64,000 bases of DNA from Paracoccaceae bacterium (GCA_902632125.1 CACPBQ010000008.1:24-64023); one strand, 5' to 3'. Positions 1 through 10,685 are shown, counted from the first letter of the stretch. The notes: generated by a model from the sequence alone, not told the origin. Program-made: numbers and translations.

Positions 1-1
1 C

Positions 2-532
2 CATGGTAGTTTTATGCACTTACTTGGAAATATGCTTTTCCTGCATATTTACGGTGATAATCTTGAAGATAAAATGGGACATTTTTGGTTCCTAATTTTT
101 TATTTGTGTTCAGGAGTACTTGCAAACCTGGCACAATTTATAGCTGATCCTTACTCTACTATCCCAGTCATAGGAGCTTCTGGTGCGGTAGCAGCAGTTA
201 TGGGCGGCTATTTGCTATTATTTCCAAAAGCCAGAATTGATATTTTATTTATCTTCATAATTATTTTTAAAATATTTCCGATCCGGGCATGGATTGTCTT
301 GGGTATTTGGTTTGTATTGCAACTTTACAATGGGTTAGCCGTTCCAGTTTCAGTTAGCGGCGTAGCTTATTGGGCCCACATTGGCGGTTTTATTTTTGGT
401 GTAATTGCCACTTTGTCTACCTGGAGAAAACTTGGAGGAAAAAAGTTTTGGTCTAAAAACCAAGGTGCACCAGATCATAAAGAAGCAACATATTCTTTCA
501 CGCGATCAAATATTCCAAGAGTAAGAAGATAA
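2..532 (+). CDS. Rhomboid family intramembrane serine protease (5'-partial; ORF continues upstream of the window)
   Basis: Frame is open from base 2 (HGSFMHLLGNMLFL). It carries the catalytic GASG motif, AYWAHIGGF (catalytic His) and multiple TM segments. Confidence 0.93.
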   Translation, partial: HGSFMHLLGNMLFLHIYGDNLEDKMGHFWFLIFYLCSGVLANLAQFIADPYSTIPVIGASGAVAAVMGGYLLLFPKARIDILFIFIIIFKIFPIRAWIVLGIWFVLQLYNGLAVPVSVSGVAYWAHIGGFIFGVIATLSTWRKLGGKKFWSKNQGAPDHKEATYSFTRSNIPRVRR

Positions 533-1321
533 TTATTCCCGTATAATTTTTGCAAATTTATTAAATTGCACTTCGGTTGCTGCAATTATATTTCCATCAA
601 TTAACGGATCTCCGTCTTTAGAGATTGACTCAACCATAGCACCTGCTTCTCTTGCAATAATGATACCGCCGGCAATATCCCAATTATTTAGGTTACGCTC
701 CCAATAACCTTCAAATCGACCAGCAGCAACATATGCCAAATCTAGTGCAGCAGCTCCGTATCGGCGAACCCCTGAACATTTAGGCATTAGTTTTTTAATG
801 TCGTTTATTGTTTCCGGCAAATCTTCTATTCTGCCCGAAAATGGAATGCCTGTTGCATATAAGCTATCTGCTATACTGTAACGTGCTGAAACTCGAATTC
901 TAGTTTCATTCATCCAGGCACCCAAACCTTTTTCCGCAAAGAACATTTCATCTTTGCAAGGATCATAAATAACACCAGAAATAATTTCCCCTTTGTGTTC
1001 TAAGGCTATTGACACCGCCCAGTGAGGCAAACCGTGTAAAAAATTAGTAGTCCCGTCAAGCGGATCAACGATCCAACGTCGAGTAGGATCTTTTCCTTCT
1101 TCTTCGTCACTCTCTTCACCAACCCAACCATAAGTTGGCCTTGCTTCCATGAGTTCGTCACGAATTATATTTTCAGCAGCAATATCAGCACGGCTAACGA
1201 AATCTCCAGCACCTTTCCGAGATACTTGTAAATTCTCAACTTCACGAAAATCTTTTGATAATGAGCGCCCTGCTTTTCGAGCAGTCTTTAACATTATATT
1301 TAAATTTGCACTACCCGGCAT
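533..1321 (-). CDS. suhB: Inositol monophosphatase family protein SuhB
   Basis: Motifs GEES, WIVDPLDGTTNF, GAAALDLAYVAAGR and WDIAGG. Confidence 0.92.
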   Translation of the reverse strand: MPGSANLNIMLKTARKAGRSLSKDFREVENLQVSRKGAGDFVSRADIAAENIIRDELMEARPTYGWVGEESDEEEGKDPTRRWIVDPLDGTTNFLHGLPHWAVSIALEHKGEIISGVIYDPCKDEMFFAEKGLGAWMNETRIRVSARYSIADSLYATGIPFSGRIEDLPETINDIKKLMPKCSGVRRYGAAALDLAYVAAGRFEGYWERNLNNWDIAGGIIIAREAGAMVESISKDGDPLIDGNIIAATEVQFNKFAKIIRE

Positions 1322-1396
1322 AACCCACTCTCCACAATAGACAAATTTAGTCTATACTTTCTGCAAGGTGAATGCCAATGAACGACTATTCTGTCC

Positions 1397-1807
1397 TCAT
1401 CCAAAAACAGTGCGAGTGATAATAACCCCAGCCCAAGCAGATATACCCGTTAAAGCTGCTCCCCAAGTCACGTCGATCATTACCATCGTGGGAGACCAAG
1501 CTCGTAGTGTTGCAAAATTAGTAAATTCGTAAGTCCCATATGCTAATACTCCCAGCAAAGCACCGGCCATCAAAGCTTGTGAAGGATTTCCAGTAATAAA
1601 GGCTGGCCAAGATGCAAAGAAAAGCACCCCGCCAATGTAAAATAAATAAAATATTGCAGCCGGACCCATCCTAGGATCCTCTAAAAGCCAATCTCCAAGG
1701 TTTGATGAAAACAGTGGATAGAGAACGCGTTTAAGCATAACGATGTCAAGGGCCAAGAAAACGACCGCGGTTGATAGATAGAGTGTTAAAACTTGCATAG
1801 CGCTCAC
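1397..1807 (-). CDS. DUF2177 family membrane protein
   Basis: Four TM segments with the family-like motif AYGTYEFTNFATLRAW...DVTWG. Confidence 0.75.
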   Translation of the reverse strand: MSAMQVLTLYLSTAVVFLALDIVMLKRVLYPLFSSNLGDWLLEDPRMGPAAIFYLFYIGGVLFFASWPAFITGNPSQALMAGALLGVLAYGTYEFTNFATLRAWSPTMVMIDVTWGAALTGISAWAGVIITRTVFG

Positions 1808-1947
1808 CTTTTACCTGGGTATCTTAAAGGAACTAATTCTCTCATCTAAAAGAGCAAGAAAAATTATGTCTAAACCCTTTAAAATCATGTTTTTATTGAT
1901 TATTTTGATTTTTTGATGTTACTTCTACGCTACCCTAGACATTTCTA

Positions 1948-1965
1948 TTGCGACAATTGTCACAA
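1948..1965. promoter_or_regulatory. 18-bp near-perfect palindrome, candidate transcription-factor site (RegA/PrrA-like half-sites)
   Basis: TTGCGACAATTGTCACAA in a 256-bp intergenic region upstream of the DUF2177 gene. Confidence 0.3.
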
Positions 1966-2063
1966 GTGGCTTGCGCTCTTGATTAAGCATTCAGTGATAA
2001 AAAAATATTATCAATAAAGAAAAATAGAGTTAATAATGTTTCTTGCGCAAATCAGTGTCAAAG

Positions 2064-2522
2064 CTAATGGGAATGTTTTTTTTCATTCCTATCCTGATCT
2101 ACAACAATCTCAACGCCAACTTCACCTGATATTTCAAAAAAAAGTGTTACCGGGATTATTTTTCCCGTCTTGAAAGCCTCCTTGAGGCCCATAAACATGA
2201 TATGTTGACCACCGCGAACAAGTTTATGTTCTTTCATCGATCCTATTTCAATTCCTTCATCTATACGGACCATTCTTATGACCCCATTGTCATCCTTCAA
2301 GTGCGTATGAAGCTCTGTTTTTTTTGCAATATCAGATTGTACACCTATCAGGCGATCGCTCTCATCAGAGTGATTCATTATTTTCATATAGGCTGCACCT
2401 GCTTTGGCGAGAGGGCCCGCTGACCGCGCGTAGGCGTCAGAAATCACAATTTGTCCAGCGCTTAAAATCGAGCTAAACGCTAAAAATGCTGAGAAGGCAG
2501 TAATAAACAACTTAATTTTCAC
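2064..2522 (-). CDS. Periplasmic copper chaperone PCu(A)C
   Basis: Signal peptide, AYAR...GAAYM, ELHTH...M...GGQHIMFMG copper-binding motif and His-rich C-terminus. Confidence 0.9.
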   Translation of the reverse strand: MKIKLFITAFSAFLAFSSILSAGQIVISDAYARSAGPLAKAGAAYMKIMNHSDESDRLIGVQSDIAKKTELHTHLKDDNGVIRMVRIDEGIEIGSMKEHKLVRGGQHIMFMGLKEAFKTGKIIPVTLFFEISGEVGVEIVVDQDRNEKKHSH

Positions 2523-2604
2523 TTATTAAACCATTCTATTGAACAGAGAAATCGGGAAAACAAAAATCCCATATTTAATTTGTACTAATATTTCTTGGTT
2601 TTAA

Positions 2605-2889
2605 TTACGCTTCTTGTGCTTTAGATATTTCTTTTTTGACTTTAAGAGCATTGGCAGATAGCTCTTTGTCTTTTGCTTTCGCAAGGAAAGCATCAAGACC
2701 ACCTCTGTGGTCTACAGTCCTAAGCGCTGCAGCCGATATTCGTAGTTTTACACCACGTCCCAAAGTTTCCGATTGTAGTGTCACTTCATTAAGGTTAGGT
2801 AAAAATCTTCGACGTGTCTTATTATTGGCATGACTTACATTGTTTCCAGTCATTGGCCCTTTACCTGTTAATTCACAACGGCGCGACAT
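2605..2889 (-). CDS. rpmB: 50S ribosomal protein L28
   Basis: [33 protein letters not shown]. Confidence 0.98.
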   Translation of the reverse strand: MSRRCELTGKGPMTGNNVSHANNKTRRRFLPNLNEVTLQSETLGRGVKLRISAAALRTVDHRGGLDAFLAKAKDKELSANALKVKKEISKAQEA

Positions 2890-3047
2890 TATAAAATTCC
2901 TAACTTTGACTTTTTGAGCTAAGCTTGCCCAAACATTTTTCTAAACAATAAGCTTGTATGGTTATATTGACCTCGGCGTTCTAGGCACATTCTGTATGCT
3001 CGTCAAGCACCTTCAGGCAAAAAAATAAACTGAAAATGTAAAGTTTA

Positions 3048-4046
3048 TTAGCCCAACTCACCCTTCTTTATAACAATTTCTTGTAAAATTTGATTAGCGG
3101 CTAACGATAGATTTTTCCTTCCCAAAACAACTTCTTCAGAAATCTTTAAAAGATCTGCTTTGATAGGATCTTTATCTAGAACAGACAACAACTGATATTT
3201 AACATCCTCGATAAGCCAAAATTTGGACTGTTCAGTCCGATTAATCTGAAAATGACCTTTTTCCTGTCGCCATTCAACTAGATTAGAAATTACCTTCCAT
3301 GTTTCAATAATCCCAGTTTTTTCTACAGCAGAGACGGTCATCGCCTTTGGAAAACCCTCTGGGTCCTGGGGACGTTTTCTGAGCAATCGGAGAGCTCCCG
3401 AATAGTCAGCACAAGTTCTTGTTGCTTGATCCTTTAGATCACCGTCAGCTTTGTTGACCAAAATAATATCTGCAAGTTCCATTATGCCTCTTTTTACACC
3501 CTGCAATTCGTCGCCACCAGCAGGAGCAAGCAGCAGAGTAAAAATATCACAAATTTCTGAAACGATAGTTTCAGATTGTCCGACACCAACAGTCTCAATC
3601 AATATGACATCGAACCCTGCAGCTTCGCATATCTTAACTGTTTCACGAGTTCGACGAGCTATCCCGCCGAGATGAGTTTGACTGGGAGACGGCCGTATAA
3701 AAGCAGCAGGATTTCGTGCCAAGAGTGTCATTCTAGTTTTATCTCCAAGTATAGACCCGCCTGATCTAACGGAGCTGGGATCCACAGCAAGAACCGCAAC
3801 ACTTAACCCCAAATCAGTGAGATAAGAGCCAAAAACTTCAATGAACGTCGATTTGCCAACACCAGGTGTACCGGAAAGACCTATCCGGATTGCTTGTTTT
3901 TTGGACTTTTTCTCAAGCAAACCAATGAGAGAAATAGCTGATTTTCTATGATCGTCACGGGAACTTTCTACTAATGTAATAGCCCGAGATAAGGCTCGCC
4001 TGTCCCCCGCTATTAAACTTTTAGCCATTTTGTTAAAGTCTGTCAT
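3048..4046 (-). CDS. meaB: Methylmalonyl-CoA mutase-associated GTPase MeaB (probable start 4046, MTDFNK)
   Basis: GTPGVGKST, AVDPSS, GGSILGDKTRM, ETVGVGQSE, GDELQGVKRG and NKAD. Confidence 0.95.
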   Translation of the reverse strand: MTDFNKMAKSLIAGDRRALSRAITLVESSRDDHRKSAISLIGLLEKKSKKQAIRIGLSGTPGVGKSTFIEVFGSYLTDLGLSVAVLAVDPSSVRSGGSILGDKTRMTLLARNPAAFIRPSPSQTHLGGIARRTRETVKICEAAGFDVILIETVGVGQSETIVSEICDIFTLLLAPAGGDELQGVKRGIMELADIILVNKADGDLKDQATRTCADYSGALRLLRKRPQDPEGFPKAMTVSAVEKTGIIETWKVISNLVEWRQEKGHFQINRTEQSKFWLIEDVKYQLLSVLDKDPIKADLLKISEEVVLGRKNLSLAANQILQEIVIKKGELG

Positions 4047-4154
4047 TTTAACTAGCTTCCGTGTAAACCTAAAATTGTTGATTGACCTTATCTTGGTTTT
4101 CTTGCCTTGTTTAGGCTGAAATTTTCTCGCCTGATTGCAAGTTATAGTGGTATC

Positions 4155-4871
4155 ATGAAAAACAAACAAAAACTTTTCTTTGTCTCTTGCATATATGCGC
4201 TGCTAATTGCTGCAAATACTCTTTCTGCAAAAACAGAGCGGTATAGCTTTGATGTTTTTCTATGGGGTATAAAAGTTGGCGAGCTCGTTTACTCTATTAA
4301 ACAAACATCTGATGGATACGACATTTCCGGTGTTTTAAGGTCTAAAGGTTTTGCAAGAGTTGTTACTAAATATAAATTTGAAGCTCAGACACAAGGAAAA
4401 GTTTCCAAGTCAAAATATTACCCCAGTTTTTACCGCGAAAATTCAGATACAGGTCGTAGAAAAGAGCAGAAATCTATAATTTATCAAAATATGATACCAA
4501 AATTAACTTCTGTGAAAACTCCGAAACCTCACTGGGCAAAGCCAAAGTCTCAAAAAGGCACTGTAGATCCAATGACGGCTATTCATTTAATAATGGGCGA
4601 TAGGGTTGAAAAAACACTCTGTAAGCAAAAATTTAATCTCTTTGATGGAGCTAGGCGGATAGAAATTGTTTTATCTGAGATTAGCATTCAAAAAAGTTCT
4701 GCGCAGTGTCGTGGAAAATATATTCGCCAAGATGGTTATACGGATGAAGAAATGAAGGAAGGCAAAGTTTTTCCTTTCACGATTAACTACATTAAGCGAG
4801 ATAAAATATATACCGTAGAAAGTTTGAGGATAAAAGCTTTACGCGGGCGGACTAAATTTACTAGACGCTAA
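4155..4871 (+). CDS. DUF3108 family exported protein (probable start 4155)
   Basis: Signal peptide, GTVDPMTA and C...FDGARR motifs typical of alphaproteobacterial DUF3108. Confidence 0.7.
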   Translation: MKNKQKLFFVSCIYALLIAANTLSAKTERYSFDVFLWGIKVGELVYSIKQTSDGYDISGVLRSKGFARVVTKYKFEAQTQGKVSKSKYYPSFYRENSDTGRRKEQKSIIYQNMIPKLTSVKTPKPHWAKPKSQKGTVDPMTAIHLIMGDRVEKTLCKQKFNLFDGARRIEIVLSEISIQKSSAQCRGKYIRQDGYTDEEMKEGKVFPFTINYIKRDKIYTVESLRIKALRGRTKFTRR

Positions 4872-4877
4872 ACTATC

Positions 4878-7316
4878 TTGGATAAAAATTTACCCATATT
4901 TGAAGTAATAGACGAACTTGAAGATCAGTTGGTTAGAACAAAAAGAGTCGTCCTAACAGCACCCCCAGGTGCTGGAAAATCAACCACTATTCCCATCAGC
5001 CTCACTAAGAACCCGGCCTTCGCAGAAGGGAAAATAATAGTGCTGGAACCAAGACGTCTAGCAGTAAAACAAGTTTCCTTAAGAATGGCACAGACACTAG
5101 GTGAAGAATTAGGGGAAACTATAGGTTATCGAATTAGAGGTGAGGCTAAATGTAGTGAAAAAACGAAAGTTGAGGTCGTTACAGAGGGTATATTAATAAG
5201 GATGCTCCAAGAAGACCAACACCTGACAGGAGTATCCACTGTAATTTTTGATGAATTTCATGAAAGGAGTTTAAACGCAGATTTGGGGCTTGCGTTTTGT
5301 CTAGAGACAGCAAGTGTTCTAAGAAACGATTTGAAAATCTTAGTTATGTCGGCAACTCTAGAGATAACTGCTGTTTCCAAACTGATGCAAAATGCACCTG
5401 TAGTTTCATGCGAGGGGAAAAGTTTTCCTGTAACGCCTATATGGCAAACAAAACCTGTAGTTCAGGATCAAATCATCAATAAACTGATCATTAATGTCAT
5501 ACTAGAAGCAATTAGTGACAACAATGGCAGCATACTTGTCTTTTTGCCAGGAGAGCGTGAAATAATTAAATTGGCATCCTCTTTGATAAATAAAGTGCCA
5601 GACAAATGTCACGTATTTCCTCTTTATGGACGATTGAGTTTTAAAGATCAGCAAAAAGCAATAAAGCCAATTTTAGACGGACGAAAAATTGTCCTTGCAA
5701 CAAATGTTGCAGAAACTTCTTTGACCATTGAGGGAATAAAGACGGTTATAGACAGCGGTCTGTCAAAAAGATCCATATATGACCCAAACTCTGGTATGGC
5801 CCGTTTAGTAACCCAAAAAATATCTAAAGCAGAAGCCAATCAACGAATGGGGCGAGCGGGGAGATTGCATCCTGGGAAATGTTATAAATTATGGTCAAAG
5901 GCTCAGGATGGAAGTTTTCCAGATTTTTCTCCATCTGAAATTGAAAATTCAGATTTAACACCATTTGCTTTGGAACTTGCGGTTTGGGGAAGCAATATAG
6001 ATGAACTAGCGTTGCTAACGAAGCCAAAAGAGAAGGCACTTTCAGAAGCCTATAAAGTGCTCGAGATGCTTGGAGCAGTAAATCAACAGCTTCAAATTAC
6101 CAAAAACGGCCGCTCATTGTCAAAAATACCATTGCACCCAAGATTAGCAAAAATAATTCTTGCTGGCGGGAAAGATGCCACTTTACTCGCATCAATTCTT
6201 TCCAATAGTGACCCCCTTAATAATATGAATATTTCTGATATTAATTTGCGAATTTCCTCTATTAGAAATTACCAAAATCAAAGGTTGGATAGCTCTTACT
6301 CACTTAAGGTTCCAATTGTGAAAGAAATAATTAAAGAAATGAGCCGCCTTTCGAAACACTTAACAAATCAGTCTGACTATACAAACGCGCAACTTGCGGC
6401 CCTCGCATATCCTGACCGAATTGGAAAGCGCAGAGAAGGGAGAACGCCTCGATATATTTTATCAAATGGTAAAGGAGCTATAATGGCAGAAAGTGATCCT
6501 CTGAGATCTGTACCCTTTTTAGTGGCATGCAAGCTAGACGGAAACCTGCAAGAGGCCAAGCTTCAACAGTGTCTGCCTATCACATTGCCAGAAATTAAAG
6601 AATTGTTTGGCAACCAAATTATCTCAATACAAACTTGTGAATGGTCTAAGAGACAAAAAAAAGTACTTGCGAAGCGACAAGAGAAGCTTGGTCAATTAAT
6701 CCTAGAAGAAAAAGTTTGGCGGGATGCTCCATGCAATGTGATTATTGAAGCTATGCTGGATGGTGTGGAGGAACTTGGGTTTTTCCATTCAGATAACGCC
6801 AAAAACTTTTTGGCTAGAATTAAAATGGCTGGTGATAGATTTCCCAATATGTCAGATGAAAAATTAATGGCGACCCGAAAAACCTGGTTGGCGCCCTTTT
6901 TAAGCGGTATAAAATCTGCAAACGATTGGAAAAAATTTGATACTTTAAAAGCACTGAAATCAATTTTGACTTGGGACGAAACGCAATTACTAGAAAAATT
7001 GATACCGTCTTATTTTATTACCCCACTTGGGCGTAAAATTAAAATCACTTACGAAAATGAGCTACCCGAAATATCAATACGTATACAAGAAATGTATGGT
7101 CAGAAAGTTCATCCCAAGAGTGCAGGCATTCCCATCAGAGTAACATTCCTATCTCCTGCAGGCAGAGAGATACAAACTACGACAGATATAATATCTTTTT
7201 GGGGTAGCTCTTACAAAGATGTCAGAAAAGATATGAAAGGAAGATATCCAAAGCATTTTTGGCCAGAAAATCCCTTAGATTCAGAAGCAACTTTGAAGAC
7301 AAAAACAAGAAACTAA
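4878..7316 (+). CDS. hrpB: ATP-dependent helicase HrpB
   Basis: APPGAGKST, DEFHER, MSAT, ATNVAETSLTI, QRMGRAGR and C-terminal GRYPKHFWP. Confidence 0.96.
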   Translation: MDKNLPIFEVIDELEDQLVRTKRVVLTAPPGAGKSTTIPISLTKNPAFAEGKIIVLEPRRLAVKQVSLRMAQTLGEELGETIGYRIRGEAKCSEKTKVEVVTEGILIRMLQEDQHLTGVSTVIFDEFHERSLNADLGLAFCLETASVLRNDLKILVMSATLEITAVSKLMQNAPVVSCEGKSFPVTPIWQTKPVVQDQIINKLIINVILEAISDNNGSILVFLPGEREIIKLASSLINKVPDKCHVFPLYGRLSFKDQQKAIKPILDGRKIVLATNVAETSLTIEGIKTVIDSGLSKRSIYDPNSGMARLVTQKISKAEANQRMGRAGRLHPGKCYKLWSKAQDGSFPDFSPSEIENSDLTPFALELAVWGSNIDELALLTKPKEKALSEAYKVLEMLGAVNQQLQITKNGRSLSKIPLHPRLAKIILAGGKDATLLASILSNSDPLNNMNISDINLRISSIRNYQNQRLDSSYSLKVPIVKEIIKEMSRLSKHLTNQSDYTNAQLAALAYPDRIGKRREGRTPRYILSNGKGAIMAESDPLRSVPFLVACKLDGNLQEAKLQQCLPITLPEIKELFGNQIISIQTCEWSKRQKKVLAKRQEKLGQLILEEKVWRDAPCNVIIEAMLDGVEELGFFHSDNAKNFLARIKMAGDRFPNMSDEKLMATRKTWLAPFLSGIKSANDWKKFDTLKALKSILTWDETQLLEKLIPSYFITPLGRKIKITYENELPEISIRIQEMYGQKVHPKSAGIPIRVTFLSPAGREIQTTTDIISFWGSSYKDVRKDMKGRYPKHFWPENPLDSEATLKTKTRN

Positions 7317-7342
7317 TTGGTTATAAAAGATTATAACCGATT
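7315..7342. terminator. Hairpin between convergent hrpB and truA (possible bidirectional terminator)
   Basis: AATTGGTTATAA-AAGA-TTATAACCGATT inverted repeat. Confidence 0.5.
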
Positions 7343-8108
7343 ATGAAAAAGGATTTGGTTCATACACTACATCAGTGAGGTATAATCCATGGGGCGGTGA
7401 AACTGGACCACAAGCTGATCGATCCTTAGCCTCTAAAGCTTTTTTAACATCTATCGGGTCCCAGCTACCTGCACCTACACGTTCTAATGTCCCGACAAAA
7501 CTTCGAACCTGGTTGTGAAGAAAACTTCTCGCCCTAAATTGAAACCTGTGTTCGTCACCAGACCAACCTTCAATATGGTCAATTTTTATTTCCTCTAAAG
7601 TCTTTATAGGACTTTGAGCTTGGCAAATAGACGAACGAAATGTTGTGAAATCGTGTTTGCCAATTAGGTACTTAGATGCCTCTACCATCTTGGCCAAATT
7701 AAGCGAATGCCCAATTTGCCATACTAAACCAGCCTCGTGGGTCGACGGTGCTCGTCTCACAAGTAATCGAAATAAATATCTGCGTTCCAAGGCAGAAAAG
7801 CGCGCATGCCAATTTTTATCAACTAAAGCACAGTCAACTACTGCTATGGGGAGAGGTCTCAAATGAAAGTTTAATGCCTCCGAGAGCCGAAAAGGTTCCC
7901 ACTCTTTATCAAGATCGCAATGTGCAACTTGGCACTTCGCATGTACACCGGCATCAGTGCGTCCAGCACCAACTATTGCGTGCTCTTTACTTTCTAAGTT
8001 TGACAGGGCTTTTTCAATTGAACCTTGCACAGAAACCTGGCTCCGCTGACGCTGCCATCCAACAAAAGGAGCGCCATTATATTCAATTTTAAAAGCATAT
8101 CTGGGCAT
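7341..8108 (-). CDS. truA: tRNA pseudouridine(38-40) synthase TruA
   Basis: [26 protein letters not shown] and SFLHNQVR. Confidence 0.97.
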   Translation of the reverse strand: MPRYAFKIEYNGAPFVGWQRQRSQVSVQGSIEKALSNLESKEHAIVGAGRTDAGVHAKCQVAHCDLDKEWEPFRLSEALNFHLRPLPIAVVDCALVDKNWHARFSALERRYLFRLLVRRAPSTHEAGLVWQIGHSLNLAKMVEASKYLIGKHDFTTFRSSICQAQSPIKTLEEIKIDHIEGWSGDEHRFQFRARSFLHNQVRSFVGTLERVGAGSWDPIDVKKALEAKDRSACGPVSPPHGLYLTDVVYEPNPFS

Positions 8109-8181
8109 ATCTGCGGATAACTCAAATCAAACCCAAAGGAAAGTGGGCAAAAATTTCAATTCAGACGGTGAAAATAGAATG

Positions 8182-8667
8182 CTATTTTAAGCTTGTTACG
8201 GGTCCACTTGGAATATTCCAAGCGCCAGAAATCAATTCAATTCCTAAGATACGATCTGGATTTGTTGGCTTTGGCATTTTAAAATTGGTCAGTTTTTTAA
8301 AGCCTAAACGGCCATAATAAGTGAAATCACCTATTAATAATATTCTTGAATAATCTAATTCTTTAGCGAGAGCCAAACTATCTTTTATCAGCAAACTACC
8401 TAAGCCTTCCCCTTGCCTAGTTGGATGAACAGCAATCGGGCCCAGTAATAAGGCATCCTGTTCAATTATCGTAACTGGCCAATAGCGAATGGCACCGGCC
8501 AGAATTCGCTCTTTATCTCTAGCGACCATACATAACTCAGCAATAGGATTGTTATTTTCTCTTAAGCGGTAGGAAGACAAAGCTTCCCTGCCAGGAGCAA
8601 AACATAGATCAAACAATGCCTCAACTTCCCAATAGTCAGCTTTTTTTTCAGTACTTATCGCATACAC
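8182..8667 (-). CDS. GNAT family N-acetyltransferase (YhbS-like)
   Basis: LLLGPIAVHPTRQGEGLGSLL acetyl-CoA motif and LIGDFTYYGRLGF. Confidence 0.85.
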   Translation of the reverse strand: MYAISTEKKADYWEVEALFDLCFAPGREALSSYRLRENNNPIAELCMVARDKERILAGAIRYWPVTIIEQDALLLGPIAVHPTRQGEGLGSLLIKDSLALAKELDYSRILLIGDFTYYGRLGFKKLTNFKMPKPTNPDRILGIELISGAWNIPSGPVTSLK

Positions 8668-8773
8668 CTGAAACTCCCATAAACGATTTTATTCCAAAGA
8701 ATTAAACAAATCTCAAAATTATCTGGAAGGCGAGTTAACATGGCTCTATCTCATGTTCAAAGGAAGTTTTAAA

Positions 8774-9379
8774 ATGTTTTATAAACCCCACGAAGGTCAC
8801 GGACTTAAAAATAATCCGTTCAACGCAATTGTAACACCGCGTCCAATTGGCTGGATATCAACGAGGGATAAAAATTCGATCGATAACATCGCCCCATATT
8901 CCTTTTTTAACGCGGTAGCTTATGTCCCACCACAAGTTATGTTTGCTTCTACAGGAGAAAAATCTGATCGGGACGGAACTAAAGACTCTGTAGCCAATAT
9001 AAAGGCAACAAAAGAGTTTTGCGTAAATATTGTTTCTTATGAAATGCGGCATCAAATGAATGCAACATCAAAATCTTTACCTGCAGATATAGACGAATTT
9101 GACCATGCCAAATTAAAAAAAATAAATTGTAACTTAATAGAATGCTCAAGGGTTATGGGTTCGCCAGCTGCACTAGAATGTAAATTAATTGAGATTGTAA
9201 AGTTGCCGGGAGCTGCAAATTTTGCTGTTTTTGGTGAAGTTATTGGTATTCACATGGAAGATGGTTACCTTATTGAGGGTAAATTTGACGTCAGTAAGTT
9301 TAACCCACTTACTAGATTGGGTTATCGAGATTACAGTGTGGTTCGAGAAATATTTTCTATTTCACGTCCTGATGACTAA
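8774..9379 (+). CDS. Flavin reductase-like (flavoredoxin/DIM6-NTAB) family protein
   Basis: NAIVTPRPIGWIST, NIAPYSFFN, KDSVANI and LTRLGY; probable start MFYKP. Confidence 0.85.
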   Translation: MFYKPHEGHGLKNNPFNAIVTPRPIGWISTRDKNSIDNIAPYSFFNAVAYVPPQVMFASTGEKSDRDGTKDSVANIKATKEFCVNIVSYEMRHQMNATSKSLPADIDEFDHAKLKKINCNLIECSRVMGSPAALECKLIEIVKLPGAANFAVFGEVIGIHMEDGYLIEGKFDVSKFNPLTRLGYRDYSVVREIFSISRPDD

Positions 9380-9495
9380 AAAACAGCAGTGACTGTGGAG
9401 TAGCAGTAAAATTTTTAAGTGTTCAAAAAGGGTTTGTCCAAACCTTTAGATAGGTTATACACCAGTTTTTAGTAACAAATAATTGTATAGTTAAT

Positions 9496-10668
9496 ATGAT
9501 CAGCACTGTATTACCAACATATAATCGAGCAAATTTAGAGTTTGTGAAAGGCGAAGGTGCTTGGTTAACGGAAGCAGACGGAAGTCACTTTTTAGACCTG
9601 GCATCTGGGATTGCAGTGAATTCGTTAGGCCATGCACATCCTGACCTTGTGAATATTATAAAATCGCAATCAGAAAAACTTTGGCACGTATCAAATCTAT
9701 ATGAAATTCCCCAGCAACTAGCCCTAGCAGATGTTTTGGTGGCAAAATCCTTTGCTGACACTGTTTTTTTTACAAATTCAGGAACAGAGTCTTGTGAATT
9801 GGCTGTTAAGATGGCTCGAAAATATTGGTTTGAAAAAGGACACCCCAACAAGTTCGAAATTATTACATTTGAAGGTTCTTTTCATGGTCGTTCTTCCGCA
9901 GGCATAGCGGCCACTGCAACCGAAAAAATGACTAAGGGTTTTGGACCTTTATTACCCGGCTTTATTAACATAAATCTTAGTAGTCACGGAGCTATCAAAT
10001 CCGCAATCTCAGATAAAACTGCAGCCATTTTAATCGAACCTATTCAAGGAGAAGGTGGTATTCGAGTAATCCCTGAACATTTATTGAAAGCAATTCGGGA
10101 TATTTGTAACGAGAAAGACATTTTGTTGATACTTGATGAAGTTCAATGTGGCGTCGGACGAACTGGTAAATTATTCGCTCATGAATGGGTAGAAATTGAG
10201 CCAGATATAATGATGGTAGCAAAAGGTATAGGCGGCGGTTTCCCATTAGGAGCTGTTCTTGCAAAAGAAAATGCGGCAAGCGGGATGACCGCTGGGACCC
10301 ATGGGTCAACTTATGGAGGGAATCCTTTGGGTTGTTCGATAGGGTTAAAGGTTATGGATATCATTTCTGACCCTGGTTTTTTAAAAGATGTAAATCGCAA
10401 AGCTAAACTTTTTCATGATGGACTAGTGAAACTTTTGGAAAAAAGTACTTCTGTTTTTGAAGAAATTCGTGGCAAGGGTCTAATGCTAGGTCTCAAGTGT
10501 AAGGTCCAAAATATAGATGTCGTAAATGCAGGTTATTCAAATAAGTTACTAACGGTGCCAGCAGGAGATAACGTTGTACGCCTTTTGCCTCCATTAACCA
10601 TTTCTGATAAAGATATAAATGAAGCGTTGAATAAATTAGATGGCGTAATGACAGCTCTTTCTCAATAA
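9496..10668 (+). CDS. argD: Acetylornithine aminotransferase
   Basis: Class III PLP motifs FHGR, EPIQGEGG, DEVQCGVGRTG and AKGIGGGFP; adjacent to argF. Confidence 0.93.
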   Translation: MISTVLPTYNRANLEFVKGEGAWLTEADGSHFLDLASGIAVNSLGHAHPDLVNIIKSQSEKLWHVSNLYEIPQQLALADVLVAKSFADTVFFTNSGTESCELAVKMARKYWFEKGHPNKFEIITFEGSFHGRSSAGIAATATEKMTKGFGPLLPGFININLSSHGAIKSAISDKTAAILIEPIQGEGGIRVIPEHLLKAIRDICNEKDILLILDEVQCGVGRTGKLFAHEWVEIEPDIMMVAKGIGGGFPLGAVLAKENAASGMTAGTHGSTYGGNPLGCSIGLKVMDIISDPGFLKDVNRKAKLFHDGLVKLLEKSTSVFEEIRGKGLMLGLKCKVQNIDVVNAGYSNKLLTVPAGDNVVRLLPPLTISDKDINEALNKLDGVMTALSQ

Positions 10669-10685
10669 AAGATTTTCGAAGATAA

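Noticed and set aside
1808-2063. SigmaE promoter or sRNA upstream of DUF2177
   Set aside because: There is no TGATCC-N15-CGTA match and no structured RNA or terminator is evident.
4047-4169. Apparent head-to-head overlap of meaB and the DUF3108 ORF
   Set aside because: It is an artefact of longest-ORF calling; likely starts at 4046 and 4155 leave a normal divergent promoter. The same applies to rsmI/lpoA and rhomboid/trpS.
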